DNA of 64,000 bases, from NCBI GenBank assembly GCA_038207335.1, contig JBBQZX010000004.1:128001-192000 (forward strand), read 5' to 3'. Below, piece by piece: positions 19,523-28,155 of the stretch (the first letter of the stretch is position 1; every line of letters begins with the position of its first letter). The translations under genes and the position numbers were made by a program. The notes beneath the pieces were generated by a model, which was not told the origin of the DNA, ran no database searches, and saw only the letters and a list, made by a program, of their open reading frames with translations. Source of the DNA: Chthoniobacterales bacterium. Its GTDB lineage: Bacteria > Verrucomicrobiota > Verrucomicrobiia > Chthoniobacterales > Chthoniobacteraceae.

Positions 19523-19756
19523 ATGCCACTCCGCCTCCTGCAAATCATCGCCCGGGTGTTTAAAACACCGCCCGAAACCGTCACCGCCGAGAGCGGACCG
19601 CACACGATCGCGGCGTGGGATTCCGCGGGACATCTGAATCTGATCCTCGAACTCGAGCGTGAATTTAGCGTGCGATTCGACGACGACGAAGTCGTGGAAT
19701 TGGTCAGCGTCCAGGCCATCGCGACCGCCTTGGAAAAACACGGCGCGCAGCTCTGA
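19523..19756 (+). CDS. stand-alone acyl carrier protein
   Basis: 77 aa, acidic; WDSAGHLNLILELEREFSVRF phosphopantetheine Ser motif. Confidence 0.9.
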   Translation: MPLRLLQIIARVFKTPPETVTAESGPHTIAAWDSAGHLNLILELEREFSVRFDDDEVVELVSVQAIATALEKHGAQL

Positions 19757-19760
19757 ATCG

Positions 19761-20693
19761 ATGGCGCCGCGCATCGAGTGGCCAGACGGAAAGCGGTTTG
19801 CGTTCTCCATTTTCGACGACGCGGACTACGACCGATTGACCAACACGCGCCCGATCTACGACTTCCTCGCCAGCCTCGGAATCCTCACGACAAAGTCCGT
19901 TTGGACGCTCGCGGCGCAGCACGACGCAAGGCTCGGCGGCATGAGTACGGAGTCGGCAGACTATCTCGAATGGGCGCAGTCGCTCCAGCGCGCTGGCTTT
20001 GAAATCGGCTTCCACGGCGCGCGCTGCCACAGCTCCGAGCGTAAGGAAACGCGGCTCGGGCTCGACCGCTTTCGCGAGCAGTTCGGCGGTGACCCGCGGA
20101 GCATGTCGAATCATTTTCAAAACGCCGATTCCATCTATTGGGGTGCCGCTCGCCTTACTGGCGCGGCGCGGCTCATTTATCGCACCGCAAATTTCCACAG
20201 CCGATTGCGATGCGAAGGGCATGTCGAAGGCAGCACATTTTTCTGGGGCGACCTGTGCCGCGAGCGGATCAGATACGTGCGAAATTTTGTCTTCCGAGAT
20301 ATCGACACGCTCGCGACGTGTCCGTGGATGCCATACCGCGACGCCGCCTTCCCGTTTGTGAACGCGTGGTTTGCCTCGGCCGAGGGCGGCGACATCAATT
20401 CGTTCAACGCGATGCTGCGCGAAGAAAACCAAGACCGCCTCGCGGCGCAGGGCGGCGCGTGCATCATGTACACGCACTTCGCGAAAGGCTTTTCCACCGA
20501 TGGAAATCTGAATCCACGTTTCGTCGAACTGATGCAGCGGCTCTCGAAACTCGGCGGCTGGTGCGTGCCAGTCGGCACGCTGCTCGATTTTCTCGCGGTT
20601 AAAAATGGCGGCATTCACGACCTCACGAGCGCCGAGCGGAGTCGTCTGCAATGGCGCTGGCTCGCGACCAAGCTGCTCCACGGCTCCTCCTGA
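19761..20693 (+). CDS. polysaccharide deacetylase-like protein
   Basis: WPDGKRFAFSIFDDAD, GFEIGFHG, IMYTHF (NodB/CE4-like motifs). Confidence 0.7.
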   Translation: MAPRIEWPDGKRFAFSIFDDADYDRLTNTRPIYDFLASLGILTTKSVWTLAAQHDARLGGMSTESADYLEWAQSLQRAGFEIGFHGARCHSSERKETRLGLDRFREQFGGDPRSMSNHFQNADSIYWGAARLTGAARLIYRTANFHSRLRCEGHVEGSTFFWGDLCRERIRYVRNFVFRDIDTLATCPWMPYRDAAFPFVNAWFASAEGGDINSFNAMLREENQDRLAAQGGACIMYTHFAKGFSTDGNLNPRFVELMQRLSKLGGWCVPVGTLLDFLAVKNGGIHDLTSAERSRLQWRWLATKLLHGSS

Positions 20694-20708
20694 ATCGCCG
20701 CACCGTCG

Positions 20709-21956
20709 ATGCCACTCGAAATTGTCCCGTATCAGCCGCAGCACGAGGCTGCCGTCGCGGAGTTCAACGCCCGAGCCCGCGCCCACGACGCGCCGTTCAC
20801 CCTCAGCAAAACACCGCAATCGGAATGGCTGCCGAACATCCCGGGCCGCGCAGTCCGCCGGGAGTTTTTCCTCGCGCTCGACGGATGCGCAGTGCGTGGC
20901 GGCTTCACGCTGCGACGACAGGAGTTCCTATTACGCGGCAAAATCGCCGAGATCGCGAATTATCAGGGGCCGCTGTCGGAAGGCATTTGGGACCGCCGCT
21001 TCATGATGGTTGGCGTGCAGATGCTGCGTGCGGCGCTCCGCGATCAGCCGCTGCTCTACGCCCTCGGCATGGGCGGTCCCGCACAACCGCTGCCGCGGCT
21101 TTTAAGCATGTCGGGCTGGTCGATGACCCTCGTGCCATTCCATTTCAAAGTTCTGCGGGCTGCGGCATTTCTGCGCAATATCCAGCCGCTCCGCACGACT
21201 CCGTGGCGGGCGCGGCTGCTGGATTTCGCCTCGGCAATGGGCGCGGGCGAGGCGATTCGCGCGTGGCAATGGCATCGCAGCGCCACCCCGTGCGCGCGCC
21301 AACTTAACTTCAGCGCGCCGACCGGAGCGGCCAAAATAAATCGCACACGGCCATGGTTTCGCAGCGCCGATTCGCAGCGTTTGAAGGACTGCACCTGCAC
21401 AGCCGTTTCGGAGTTCGGTGCGTGGGCTGAGGAGGTGTGGAAAAATGCGCGCCTCGCTTCCATCGCCGCGCCGGAGCCTGACCCGTTGTCCCTGACGGCG
21501 TGGGAGCCATGTCATTTTGGTGCAGTTCGCGATCGAACAGCGCAGAACGTTTTGTTCGGTGATGGCAATCCAGCGAATATCATCCTGCGCTGCCTGGACG
21601 CTGGGGCGGATATCGGGTGGGCGGTGGTGCGCTCGACGCAGATGCGCGGCGATCAATATTTCGGCAACATGCGGCTCGGCTCGATCGTCGATTGCCTCGC
21701 GGTGCCGGATCAGGAATATGCAGTGATCGCGCTGGCGACGGAGCATCTGCGCGGTCTCGCCAGCGACCTCATCGTTAGCAATCAAATGCACTCCGAATGG
21801 CGGCAAGGTCTCCGGTTCAATGGCTTTCTCGATGCTCGCTCGAATTTCCTTTTCGCCACCTCCCCGGCGCTCACCGCGGCCTTGGGCGGTGAGGATTACC
21901 CGCCCGCGAGCATCCACATCAACCGCGCGGATGGCGATGGGCCGATCCATCTCTGA
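20709..21956 (+). CDS. tandem GNAT/FemAB-like putative acyltransferase
   Basis: [20 protein letters not shown] start; [28 protein letters not shown]. The two-GNAT architecture is inferred, not searched. Confidence 0.5.
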   Translation: MPLEIVPYQPQHEAAVAEFNARARAHDAPFTLSKTPQSEWLPNIPGRAVRREFFLALDGCAVRGGFTLRRQEFLLRGKIAEIANYQGPLSEGIWDRRFMMVGVQMLRAALRDQPLLYALGMGGPAQPLPRLLSMSGWSMTLVPFHFKVLRAAAFLRNIQPLRTTPWRARLLDFASAMGAGEAIRAWQWHRSATPCARQLNFSAPTGAAKINRTRPWFRSADSQRLKDCTCTAVSEFGAWAEEVWKNARLASIAAPEPDPLSLTAWEPCHFGAVRDRTAQNVLFGDGNPANIILRCLDAGADIGWAVVRSTQMRGDQYFGNMRLGSIVDCLAVPDQEYAVIALATEHLRGLASDLIVSNQMHSEWRQGLRFNGFLDARSNFLFATSPALTAALGGEDYPPASIHINRADGDGPIHL

Positions 21957-21973
21957 ATTTCCCGAGCACCCGC

Positions 21974-22001
21974 TTGAACGCCAAAAGGCGTTTGCTAGTC
22001 T
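21974..22001 (+). promoter_or_regulatory. sigma70-like promoter with an internal palindrome
   Basis: TTGAAC-16 bp-TAGTCT with TGn extension; AACGCC-AAAA-GGCGTT at 21977-21992. Confidence 0.45.
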
Positions 22002-22008
22002 CCGCCGC

Positions 22009-23040
22009 GTGTCATTTCTCCGCCTGCTGCTTTTTGGCCTGATTTTCGCGAAAGCAGCCGTCGCCTTCGCCCAGCAGGCACCGCCTTTGAGCGATGAGGA
22101 AAAGCGCCGCACTTTCCTCAGAGCCCGCGAGGAAATGCACACAATCCCGCTGACTCCGCGTCCCGACGCGATGCCGGCTCCGAAGCCGAAACCAAAGCCT
22201 GCCCGGCCAAAGCCCGAACCGGAGCCCAAGCCCCCGACTCCCAAGCCAAAACCCGAGCCGGAGCCCGAACCGGAACCGAAGCCAAAGCCCGCGAAGCCTG
22301 AGCCAGAGCCTGTTCCGAAGCCAAAGCCGACTCCGCGGGCGACACCGGAACCCACGCCGCGGCCCAAGCCCGAGCCGCCCGCGAAGCCGCTCGAGACACC
22401 GCAAAAGCCGAAGCCCGCGCCCGTGACTCCGGCACCGCGCACCGCCCCGGCTGCTCCGATCACCATCGAGAAATCCGGCCTCGAAGAATCCACGGGACTG
22501 GAGCCCGCGGAAAAGTCGGGTTGGTTCAGTCGCTGGGATTATCTCTCGAAATCGGTTCGGCGCGCGATCGACAAAGCGCCCGTGCAGTCGCGGCGCTGGC
22601 GTTACATCGTCGTCCACAACAGCGGCACGCGGCAGGGAAATGCGAAGGCATTCGAGTATTACCACCTGCATGTGCGCAAGATGCCGAACGGCCTCGCTTA
22701 TCATTTCGTCATCGGCAACGGCACCTCCTCCGGCGACGGCGAAATCGAGATCGGCAATCGCTGGGCACGCCAGATCAATGGCGGCCACGTCCACAGCGAC
22801 TATCTCAACAACATCGCGCTCGGCATCTGCCTCGTCGGCGATTTCAACCGCGACAAACCGACCAAGCGCCAGCTCGAAGCGCTCGACGAACTCATCCGAT
22901 ACCTCCGCGGACGCGTCGGCAAAATCGACCGCAAATACGCGATCGTAAAAGCCCATCGCGAAATCAATCCGCCGCGCTGGCCGACCGACTGCCCCGGCAG
23001 CAAATTCCCCTACTCCTGGCTCCACAAAAAATTCGACTGA
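22009..23040 (+). CDS. N-acetylmuramoyl-L-alanine amidase (Amidase_2/PGRP) with Pro/Lys/Glu-rich linker
   Basis: Signal peptide from GTG 22009; (PK/PE)n linker; [34 protein letters not shown]. Confidence 0.85.
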   Translation: MSFLRLLLFGLIFAKAAVAFAQQAPPLSDEEKRRTFLRAREEMHTIPLTPRPDAMPAPKPKPKPARPKPEPEPKPPTPKPKPEPEPEPEPKPKPAKPEPEPVPKPKPTPRATPEPTPRPKPEPPAKPLETPQKPKPAPVTPAPRTAPAAPITIEKSGLEESTGLEPAEKSGWFSRWDYLSKSVRRAIDKAPVQSRRWRYIVVHNSGTRQGNAKAFEYYHLHVRKMPNGLAYHFVIGNGTSSGDGEIEIGNRWARQINGGHVHSDYLNNIALGICLVGDFNRDKPTKRQLEALDELIRYLRGRVGKIDRKYAIVKAHREINPPRWPTDCPGSKFPYSWLHKKFD

Positions 23041-23105
23041 GCTCGATCGCCGCTGCGCAGAGATCGGTTGGCCGATGAGGTTTTTCCGCTCAACCACACG
23101 CGACC

Positions 23106-23693
23106 ATGAAAGACTTCTGCCTCATCCTCCTCGCCGTGCTCTCACTGCGCGCGGCGGAATCCACTTCGTTTCCCTCCCCCGATGGCCGGTTCGCCGTGCG
23201 GACGACGGACGCGGCGGATCAGTCGTTCAGGAATATCATCGAGGTGAAAAGCGGGCGCGCTTTGGTGGAGCTGAACGGCCCATTCCGGGCGAAAACCGAT
23301 CCGGTGCTTTGGTCCGCGAATTCGCGCTGGGTCGCCTACGCAAACCACGGCGGGCGCGTGGCCGACACATCCGTGCTGTTTTGGGATGGCACTGAATTCA
23401 CGGAGGTCGAGCTGCCCCCGATGATCGATCCCGAGCTCAAGTTTCCGCCGACAAAGCCGCGTGGCACAGAGGTGGAGACCCTCCGAAGCTATGCCTCGCA
23501 AAAGCCATTGCGCTGGCTGAAATCCGGCGCGCTCGTGATCGAGAGCGTCGTCGAAGTTTACCGACTCGAACCCGGCGAGAAATACGTGAACTACTCCCGC
23601 CGCAGCGTCTTCATTGTGGGCTTCGGCAAAAAGCAGCGAGCCTCCGTGCTCGATGTCGCGCGGGAGAAGCAAAAGACGGAGGTCACGAAATGA
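23106..23693 (+). CDS. secreted hypothetical protein
   Basis: MKDFCLILLAVLSLRAA signal; SPDGRFAV and LWSANSRWVA propeller-like motifs. Confidence 0.6.
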   Translation: MKDFCLILLAVLSLRAAESTSFPSPDGRFAVRTTDAADQSFRNIIEVKSGRALVELNGPFRAKTDPVLWSANSRWVAYANHGGRVADTSVLFWDGTEFTEVELPPMIDPELKFPPTKPRGTEVETLRSYASQKPLRWLKSGALVIESVVEVYRLEPGEKYVNYSRRSVFIVGFGKKQRASVLDVAREKQKTEVTK

Positions 23694-23830
23694 AAACGGT
23701 CTGTCACCAGACCTCCGCTGATGAACGGCGGGAAGTGTTTGCGGCAATTCTCAACTTGGCACCAGATTGATCCCCTCCCGTCTAGCTCAAAACTGCCACA
23801 AATTGCGGACAACGCGTCGAGGTGCAACAG

Positions 23831-24220
23831 TTATGCGGCGCGGGATTTGGAAGTAACGCCATAAGCGATGGAATAAGTAATCAAGGCGGCCGCAGACGCC
23901 CATGCGCCGGCAATCGCGAAAGAAACGGGGCCTTGGAGGCGTCCGACGACGTAGTGTGGCGAGTCGAATACGCCTCCGTCGAGAAACTCTCGGACGCGGA
24001 GCACGGCCAGTAAGCTGGTGCAGACGAAAGGACCGAGTGCGAGAACGAAACCCGCCGAGAAGAACGGAGGTCGGAACGGGCGCCGCCGCAGGACAAGAAA
24101 GAAGACGCAGACAAACGAAGTCAATGCGCCGAGCGTCAGCGACAACTGGACGGGAGCAAATGAGAACAGCCAATTCCCCAGAGAATCGTAAACCATCATT
24201 GCTGGGGGAAGGAAGAGCAC
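23831..24220 (-). CDS. cassette-borne membrane protein (about 3 TM)
   Basis: Hydrophobic 129-aa ORF directly downstream of attC 24278-24401; start uncertain. Confidence 0.55.
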   Translation of the reverse strand: MLFLPPAMMVYDSLGNWLFSFAPVQLSLTLGALTSFVCVFFLVLRRRPFRPPFFSAGFVLALGPFVCTSLLAVLRVREFLDGGVFDSPHYVVGRLQGPVSFAIAGAWASAAALITYSIAYGVTSKSRAA

Positions 24221-24277
24221 GATTGGAAGCGGTTTGCAGGTTCGTGATTCGCGTTACGTCAGAGTGTGCGTAGCATC

Positions 24278-24401
24278 GCCTAACGCCCCCAAGCTCAGCG
24301 ATCGCGGAGTGCGGCGCGGCACCTGCATGGCGGGCGGAAAGGCGGCTGCGGAAGCAGGTTCCGTGACAGCCGGAGCAGTTCGTTGCAATGCATGGTTGGG
24401 C
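24278..24401 (-). repeat. attC-like recombination site (intact)
   Basis: Minus strand GCCCAAC CATGCATTGCAACGAAC ... TCGCTGAGCTTGGGGGC GTTAGGC (RYYYAAC/GTTRRRY boxes), 7 nt after the GNAT stop. Confidence 0.85.
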
Positions 24402-24408
24402 GTTGCGG

Positions 24409-24837
24409 TCATTTGGGCAAATTACGCTTCTGGAGAAAGGCCCTGGTATGACCCTCAGGATAGTCCTCCAGGCGGCCGAACACCGAATAGCCAAGACGCT
24501 CATAGAAAGGGATTGCCTGAAAGCTGAAGGTGTCCACATGCGCGTGGTCGCAGCCGCGAATCCGTGCCTCTCGCTCAGCCGCTAGCATGAGCTGCCGACC
24601 CAAGCCCTGATGACGGAGCGACTCGGCGACCCAGAGATAGCGGATATGGAGCCAGTTCCAAAGCGTGAATCCGTATAGTCCAGCCACGATCTCCGTGTCG
24701 CGTCGTGCAAAGACCGCCAGCTCGCGAGTGGATGACGAGCCGGCCTGAGCCTCGTTGAAGCCATCGAGCTGCCGATAGAGGAATTTGGTGTCCTCGGCGG
24801 CAGGACTGTCGGAGGTATGGACTTCGATGCCGTTCAT
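24409..24837 (-). CDS. cassette-borne GNAT N-acetyltransferase
   Basis: LHIRYLWVAESLRHQGLGRQLM, VDTFSFQAIPFYERLGY. Confidence 0.9.
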   Translation of the reverse strand: MNGIEVHTSDSPAAEDTKFLYRQLDGFNEAQAGSSSTRELAVFARRDTEIVAGLYGFTLWNWLHIRYLWVAESLRHQGLGRQLMLAAEREARIRGCDHAHVDTFSFQAIPFYERLGYSVFGRLEDYPEGHTRAFLQKRNLPK

Positions 24838-24857
24838 TTCTGTGAGCACTTAGCTGC

Positions 24858-25001
24858 GTCTAACCACCCCAAGCTGAGCGATGCGGAGCGCGGCGGGCTG
24901 GCTGCGGAAGGCGGCTGGGGAAGGATGGGCGAAGGCGGCGAGACGGTCCGGCAGCAGCCGACGTGACGCACGGAGCGGTTCGCAGCAGCGCTTGGTTTGG
25001 C
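24858..25001 (-). repeat. attC-like recombination site (intact)
   Basis: Minus strand GCCAAAC CAAGCGCTGCTGCGAAC ... TCGCTCAGCTTGGGGTG GTTAGAC. Confidence 0.85.
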
Positions 25002-25016
25002 GATGCGGTTGCCACG

Positions 25017-25547
25017 CTATAAATCCCGTGCGGCAGCCTTTCCAGGCTGGTTTGCGGGAGATTTGTCTTTATATCGGATCGTCAGGCTATTCGGAATTCG
25101 GACGTCGCAGACAATCCCCCATTTTCCGGTGGTTTGGGAATACTCCCAGTAGGTGGCGCGATGTTCGGAGCCCTCCCTCTCTTCGCGTCCGGCCTTTCGA
25201 TACTTCGCCGTAATGAGTTTGCGGATGTCCTCGTATTGGCGAAGGGCATCCGACGGCGTGAGTCGAATAGACGCCTCCGAAAATTTACCGGCAGTAAACA
25301 ACAACTCCCATTTTTCGGTGGGCTGTTCGGCGAAACTCCCGCCGGCAAAATTGAGCTTGCCGTTCGTTTCGGAAACCAAGGTAACTCCGGGCCGGGCGAG
25401 CATGGCTTTCTTCGCGTCGTCGAGTGAACTACCCCACTCCACATCCGCCACACCGCTTGGACGGGTTGCTGGTGGGTCTAACGGTGCTCCGATAGAGGAC
25501 GCGGAAAGTAGTGCGATGACCGTTGCGATGATGAGTGGGGATTGCAT
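25017..25547 (-). CDS. cassette-borne secreted hypothetical protein
   Basis: MQSPLIIATVIALLSASSIG signal; ATG 25547 lies just after attC 25592. Confidence 0.7.
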   Translation of the reverse strand: MQSPLIIATVIALLSASSIGAPLDPPATRPSGVADVEWGSSLDDAKKAMLARPGVTLVSETNGKLNFAGGSFAEQPTEKWELLFTAGKFSEASIRLTPSDALRQYEDIRKLITAKYRKAGREEREGSEHRATYWEYSQTTGKWGIVCDVRIPNSLTIRYKDKSPANQPGKAAARDL

Positions 25548-25591
25548 TTGTGGATTTTGGGAGTTGAGGATTATGGAATGCGCGTAGCGAC

Positions 25592-25700
25592 GCCATACGA
25601 CCCCAAGCTCAGCCACTGTGGAAAGGCGACGGAGGCGGGTCTGCGGGCGGGAGCACAGGCTGTGATGCCCGGAACAGTTCGTTAGTCGCTTCCGGCCTTT
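25592..25700 (-). repeat. attC-like site (degenerate)
   Basis: AACGAACTGTTCCGGGCATCACAG...GGCTGAGCTTGGGGTC GTATGGC; core GTT mutated, left box unclear. Confidence 0.65.
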
Positions 25701-26343
25701 TTGCGTTGAGCACATAAGTTCTGTGGACGTGAAGATGGTAGTGAGTCTCGGGGCGTTGATAAGCGAGGCGAAGCGGAATCGTGACGTCAACCTTGAGCGT
25801 TATTGTCGTGCGGGACACTGACTCAACTGTGGCCGTGCCGACTCTGACAGAACGCCGGGGCTGCACCACTGGAATGTCGTAGCCAGTCATTCCATCGACG
25901 GCGAGTTCGCCGACGGCGGCGTTGGAGTAATCGCCCCAAGAAGGTTCATGGCGAGTGAAGGTTCGTTGAGATGCAGCCGTCCGCAACGGAATGATCTGAC
26001 CGACATCTAACCGCTCCGGCAGCAAGAACTGAATCTGGTAATACTGTGGATGAGCCGAGGTGTGCTCGATGACGGAGCCCTCGTCGAGTGTGACTGCCGT
26101 ATCGTGTCCGGGGATGGCGCCGTGACCGACCCAACGCCCGTCGATGTCATTGAGTTCGAGCGATGCATGCGGGTAAAAATGAAAGTCGGCCCATGTTCGT
26201 AGATGTGGCTTCTGACTGCCGGAGTAAGTCAGCGCGGCTGGTGGACGCGGTGCCGGAGTAAGCCGCTCATCATCGAGGCGTGTGACGCACGATGCTAACG
26301 GTAATGCCGCTGCTGCTAAAAGTGTGATGCGAAAGCCGTTCAT
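25609..26343 (-). CDS. cassette-borne lipoprotein, reads through into the downstream attC
   Basis: MNGFRITLLAAAALPLASC lipobox; its stop TGA lies inside the attC L-box. Confidence 0.7.
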   Translation of the reverse strand: MNGFRITLLAAAALPLASCVTRLDDERLTPAPRPPAALTYSGSQKPHLRTWADFHFYPHASLELNDIDGRWVGHGAIPGHDTAVTLDEGSVIEHTSAHPQYYQIQFLLPERLDVGQIIPLRTAASQRTFTRHEPSWGDYSNAAVGELAVDGMTGYDIPVVQPRRSVRVGTATVESVSRTTITLKVDVTIPLRLAYQRPETHYHLHVHRTYVLNAKRPEATNELFRASQPVLPPADPPPSPFHSG

Positions 26344-26359
26344 TTCAGGATGCGCAAGG

Positions 26360-26426
26360 AAGCGCCGACCCCAAGCTCAGCGACGGCGGCGCGTGACAAA
26401 CCGGGGGGATTCCGAACTCATTGGGG
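26360..26426 (-). repeat. attC-like relic (internally deleted)
   Basis: CCGGTTTGTCACGCGCCGCCGTCGCTGAGCTTGGGGTCG keeps both conserved sub-motifs but lacks the GTTAG core. Confidence 0.55.
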
Positions 26427-26599
26427 GGGAGTTTGGAGGGACATTGCGACTGGGGCAAGGAAGAAGGGGGTTGCCAGAGGGGTTGGCAAGGAGATAGGTG
26501 CGGCGTTGAGGTGGGTTGAAATGGGTGACCAACAGTGTAGAGGGTGATTTTTCACCTGTCAGGAGTCTGGGGGATGGCGCCGAAGGTCTTTGGCGGGTG

Positions 26600-26725
26600 C
26601 CGGACGGATGGTCGGGAGGTAAACGGGTGTCGATTTGGCTTCCGACCAGATGGTCACGAGGTGAACGGGTGGCGGTTTGGTGTCCGACCGGACGGTCGGT
26701 ATGTGAATGGGTGCCGGTTGTTAAG
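26600..26725. repeat. three tandem imperfect 42-bp repeats
   Basis: Units start at 26600, 26642 and 26684; consensus ccgaccgga(t/c)ggtcggnaggtgaacgggtgncggtttggnnt. Confidence 0.75.
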
Positions 26726-26932
26726 GATTTGTATGCCTTTAGGCATGGACTGGCTAACGTCGGCTGAATAGCGGGCTGCGCTATGCGACCTGCGCTATGT
26801 TTTTAACCCAAAGCCTCCCCGGCCTGAAGGAACGTGGGCTTTCCAACGGGTCGGATCTTTGCCGCTGAAATACTGGCGCCAGCCGTCTGCGGCAAAAGTG
26901 CCGACGGCAAAGGTGGCGGCGGCAGGTGTGGG

Positions 26933-28069
26933 TCAGGGTTTCTGAGGTTGGAAAAGCAGTGGGAGGAAGTCGGCGAGATACTGGCGCCAGACGGGCCATG
27001 AGTGGGCGCCTTCGGTGAGGTGCCAGTCGTAGGTGATGCCGCTTTCTTTGAGTTTGGCGACGAATTGCTCGTTGCGCTGGCGCAGGAAGTCGTCCTGCCC
27101 GACGCCGATCCAGAGGAGGCGCAGTTTGGCGTTGGTGCCGGCAGGGTCGGCAAGCACGGCTTTGGCGACGGCTTCGTCCGGGGGCACGCCGCTGAAGGAG
27201 CCGACCCATGAGAAGCGGTCGAGATTTCCCAGGCCGACGGTGAGGGATTGTCCGCCGCCCATGCTGAGGCCGACGATGCCACGGTGGACGGCATCTTTCT
27301 CCACGCGGTAGCGGCTCTCGATGAGCGGGAGGGCGTCCTCGAGGAGTTCGCGGCGGAAGGCGTCCATCGCGGAGCCGTATTTTGCAGCTTCCTCGCGGGA
27401 TATGGCGCCGAGGGGGTGGCCGTCGAGCATCACCACGATCATGGGGCGGGCTTTGCCGGCGGCGATGAGGCTGTCGAGGATCCAGTTGGCTTTGCCGTGG
27501 GCGACCCACGTCTGCTCGTTGTCGCCGGAGCCGTGCTGGAGGACGAGGAGCGGATATTTTGCGGCGGTGTCTGTCTCGTAACCGGGCGGGGTATAGACGC
27601 GCAGTTCGCGCGGGCGGTTCAGGACTTTTGAGAGGTAGCTGTGCTGATGCACGGCGCCGTGCGGCACGTCCTGAAAGTCCCACGGCTCGGGCGGCGAATC
27701 CGCGAAATGGAGGATGCTGACGCGTGGCTCGCGCATGGGCTTGAGCGCAGGGTTGCCAGGGTCGAGGATGTTCAGGCCATCGACGCTAAAGCTATATTCC
27801 CAGACGCCCGCGGGGATGGGGTCCGCGGCGACGGACCAGACGCCATCGTCACCGCGCGTGAGGGGCAGCGGTTGATTTGTCCACTGGCCGCGCAGCAGGA
27901 CTTCTTTGGCGTTGGGGGCTTTGATGCGAAAGGTGACGCTGTGGTCTGCTTTCACCTCCGGCGAGATGACTCGTGTGGGCCGGGGCGCCGGGGGTGGCGC
28001 TGGCTGCTGGGCAAAGATGGGAAGGCAGAGGGAGATGAAGAGGAGGGTGAGTGAGCAGTGCTTTTTCAT
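26933..28069 (-). CDS. secreted esterase (CBM48-like N-domain plus CE1 alpha/beta hydrolase)
   Basis: Signal peptide; VYTPPGY, LLVLQHGSG, GLSMGG nucleophile, GAHSWPVWR. Confidence 0.9.
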   Translation of the reverse strand: MKKHCSLTLLFISLCLPIFAQQPAPPPAPRPTRVISPEVKADHSVTFRIKAPNAKEVLLRGQWTNQPLPLTRGDDGVWSVAADPIPAGVWEYSFSVDGLNILDPGNPALKPMREPRVSILHFADSPPEPWDFQDVPHGAVHQHSYLSKVLNRPRELRVYTPPGYETDTAAKYPLLVLQHGSGDNEQTWVAHGKANWILDSLIAAGKARPMIVVMLDGHPLGAISREEAAKYGSAMDAFRRELLEDALPLIESRYRVEKDAVHRGIVGLSMGGGQSLTVGLGNLDRFSWVGSFSGVPPDEAVAKAVLADPAGTNAKLRLLWIGVGQDDFLRQRNEQFVAKLKESGITYDWHLTEGAHSWPVWRQYLADFLPLLFQPQKP

Positions 28070-28155
28070 GGGTGGGTATGGGTGAGGGCGGGGGTTTTCG
28101 TATTGATAGCTTGGGAATGATGATCGCGGGGTTCCATCAGTTAGTAGCGTGGCGC

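Larger units (their letters stand above)
23831..26799 (-). mobile_element. integron-type gene cassette array without integrase in window (CALIN-like)
   Basis: Four short co-oriented ORFs, each preceded on the minus strand by a related imperfect palindrome ending GCT(G/C)AGCTTGGGG..GTTAG-like; no intI nearby. Confidence 0.8.

Noticed and set aside
23740..23830. Terminal attC after the last cassette ORF
   Set aside because: Only a faint TGAGCTAGACGGG resemblance; boxes not identifiable.
24278..26725. Possible CRISPR array (recurrent CCCCAAGCTCAGC motif; 42-bp repeats)
   Set aside because: The repeats are separated by whole genes or have no spacers, no cas genes are present, and the attC interpretation fits better.
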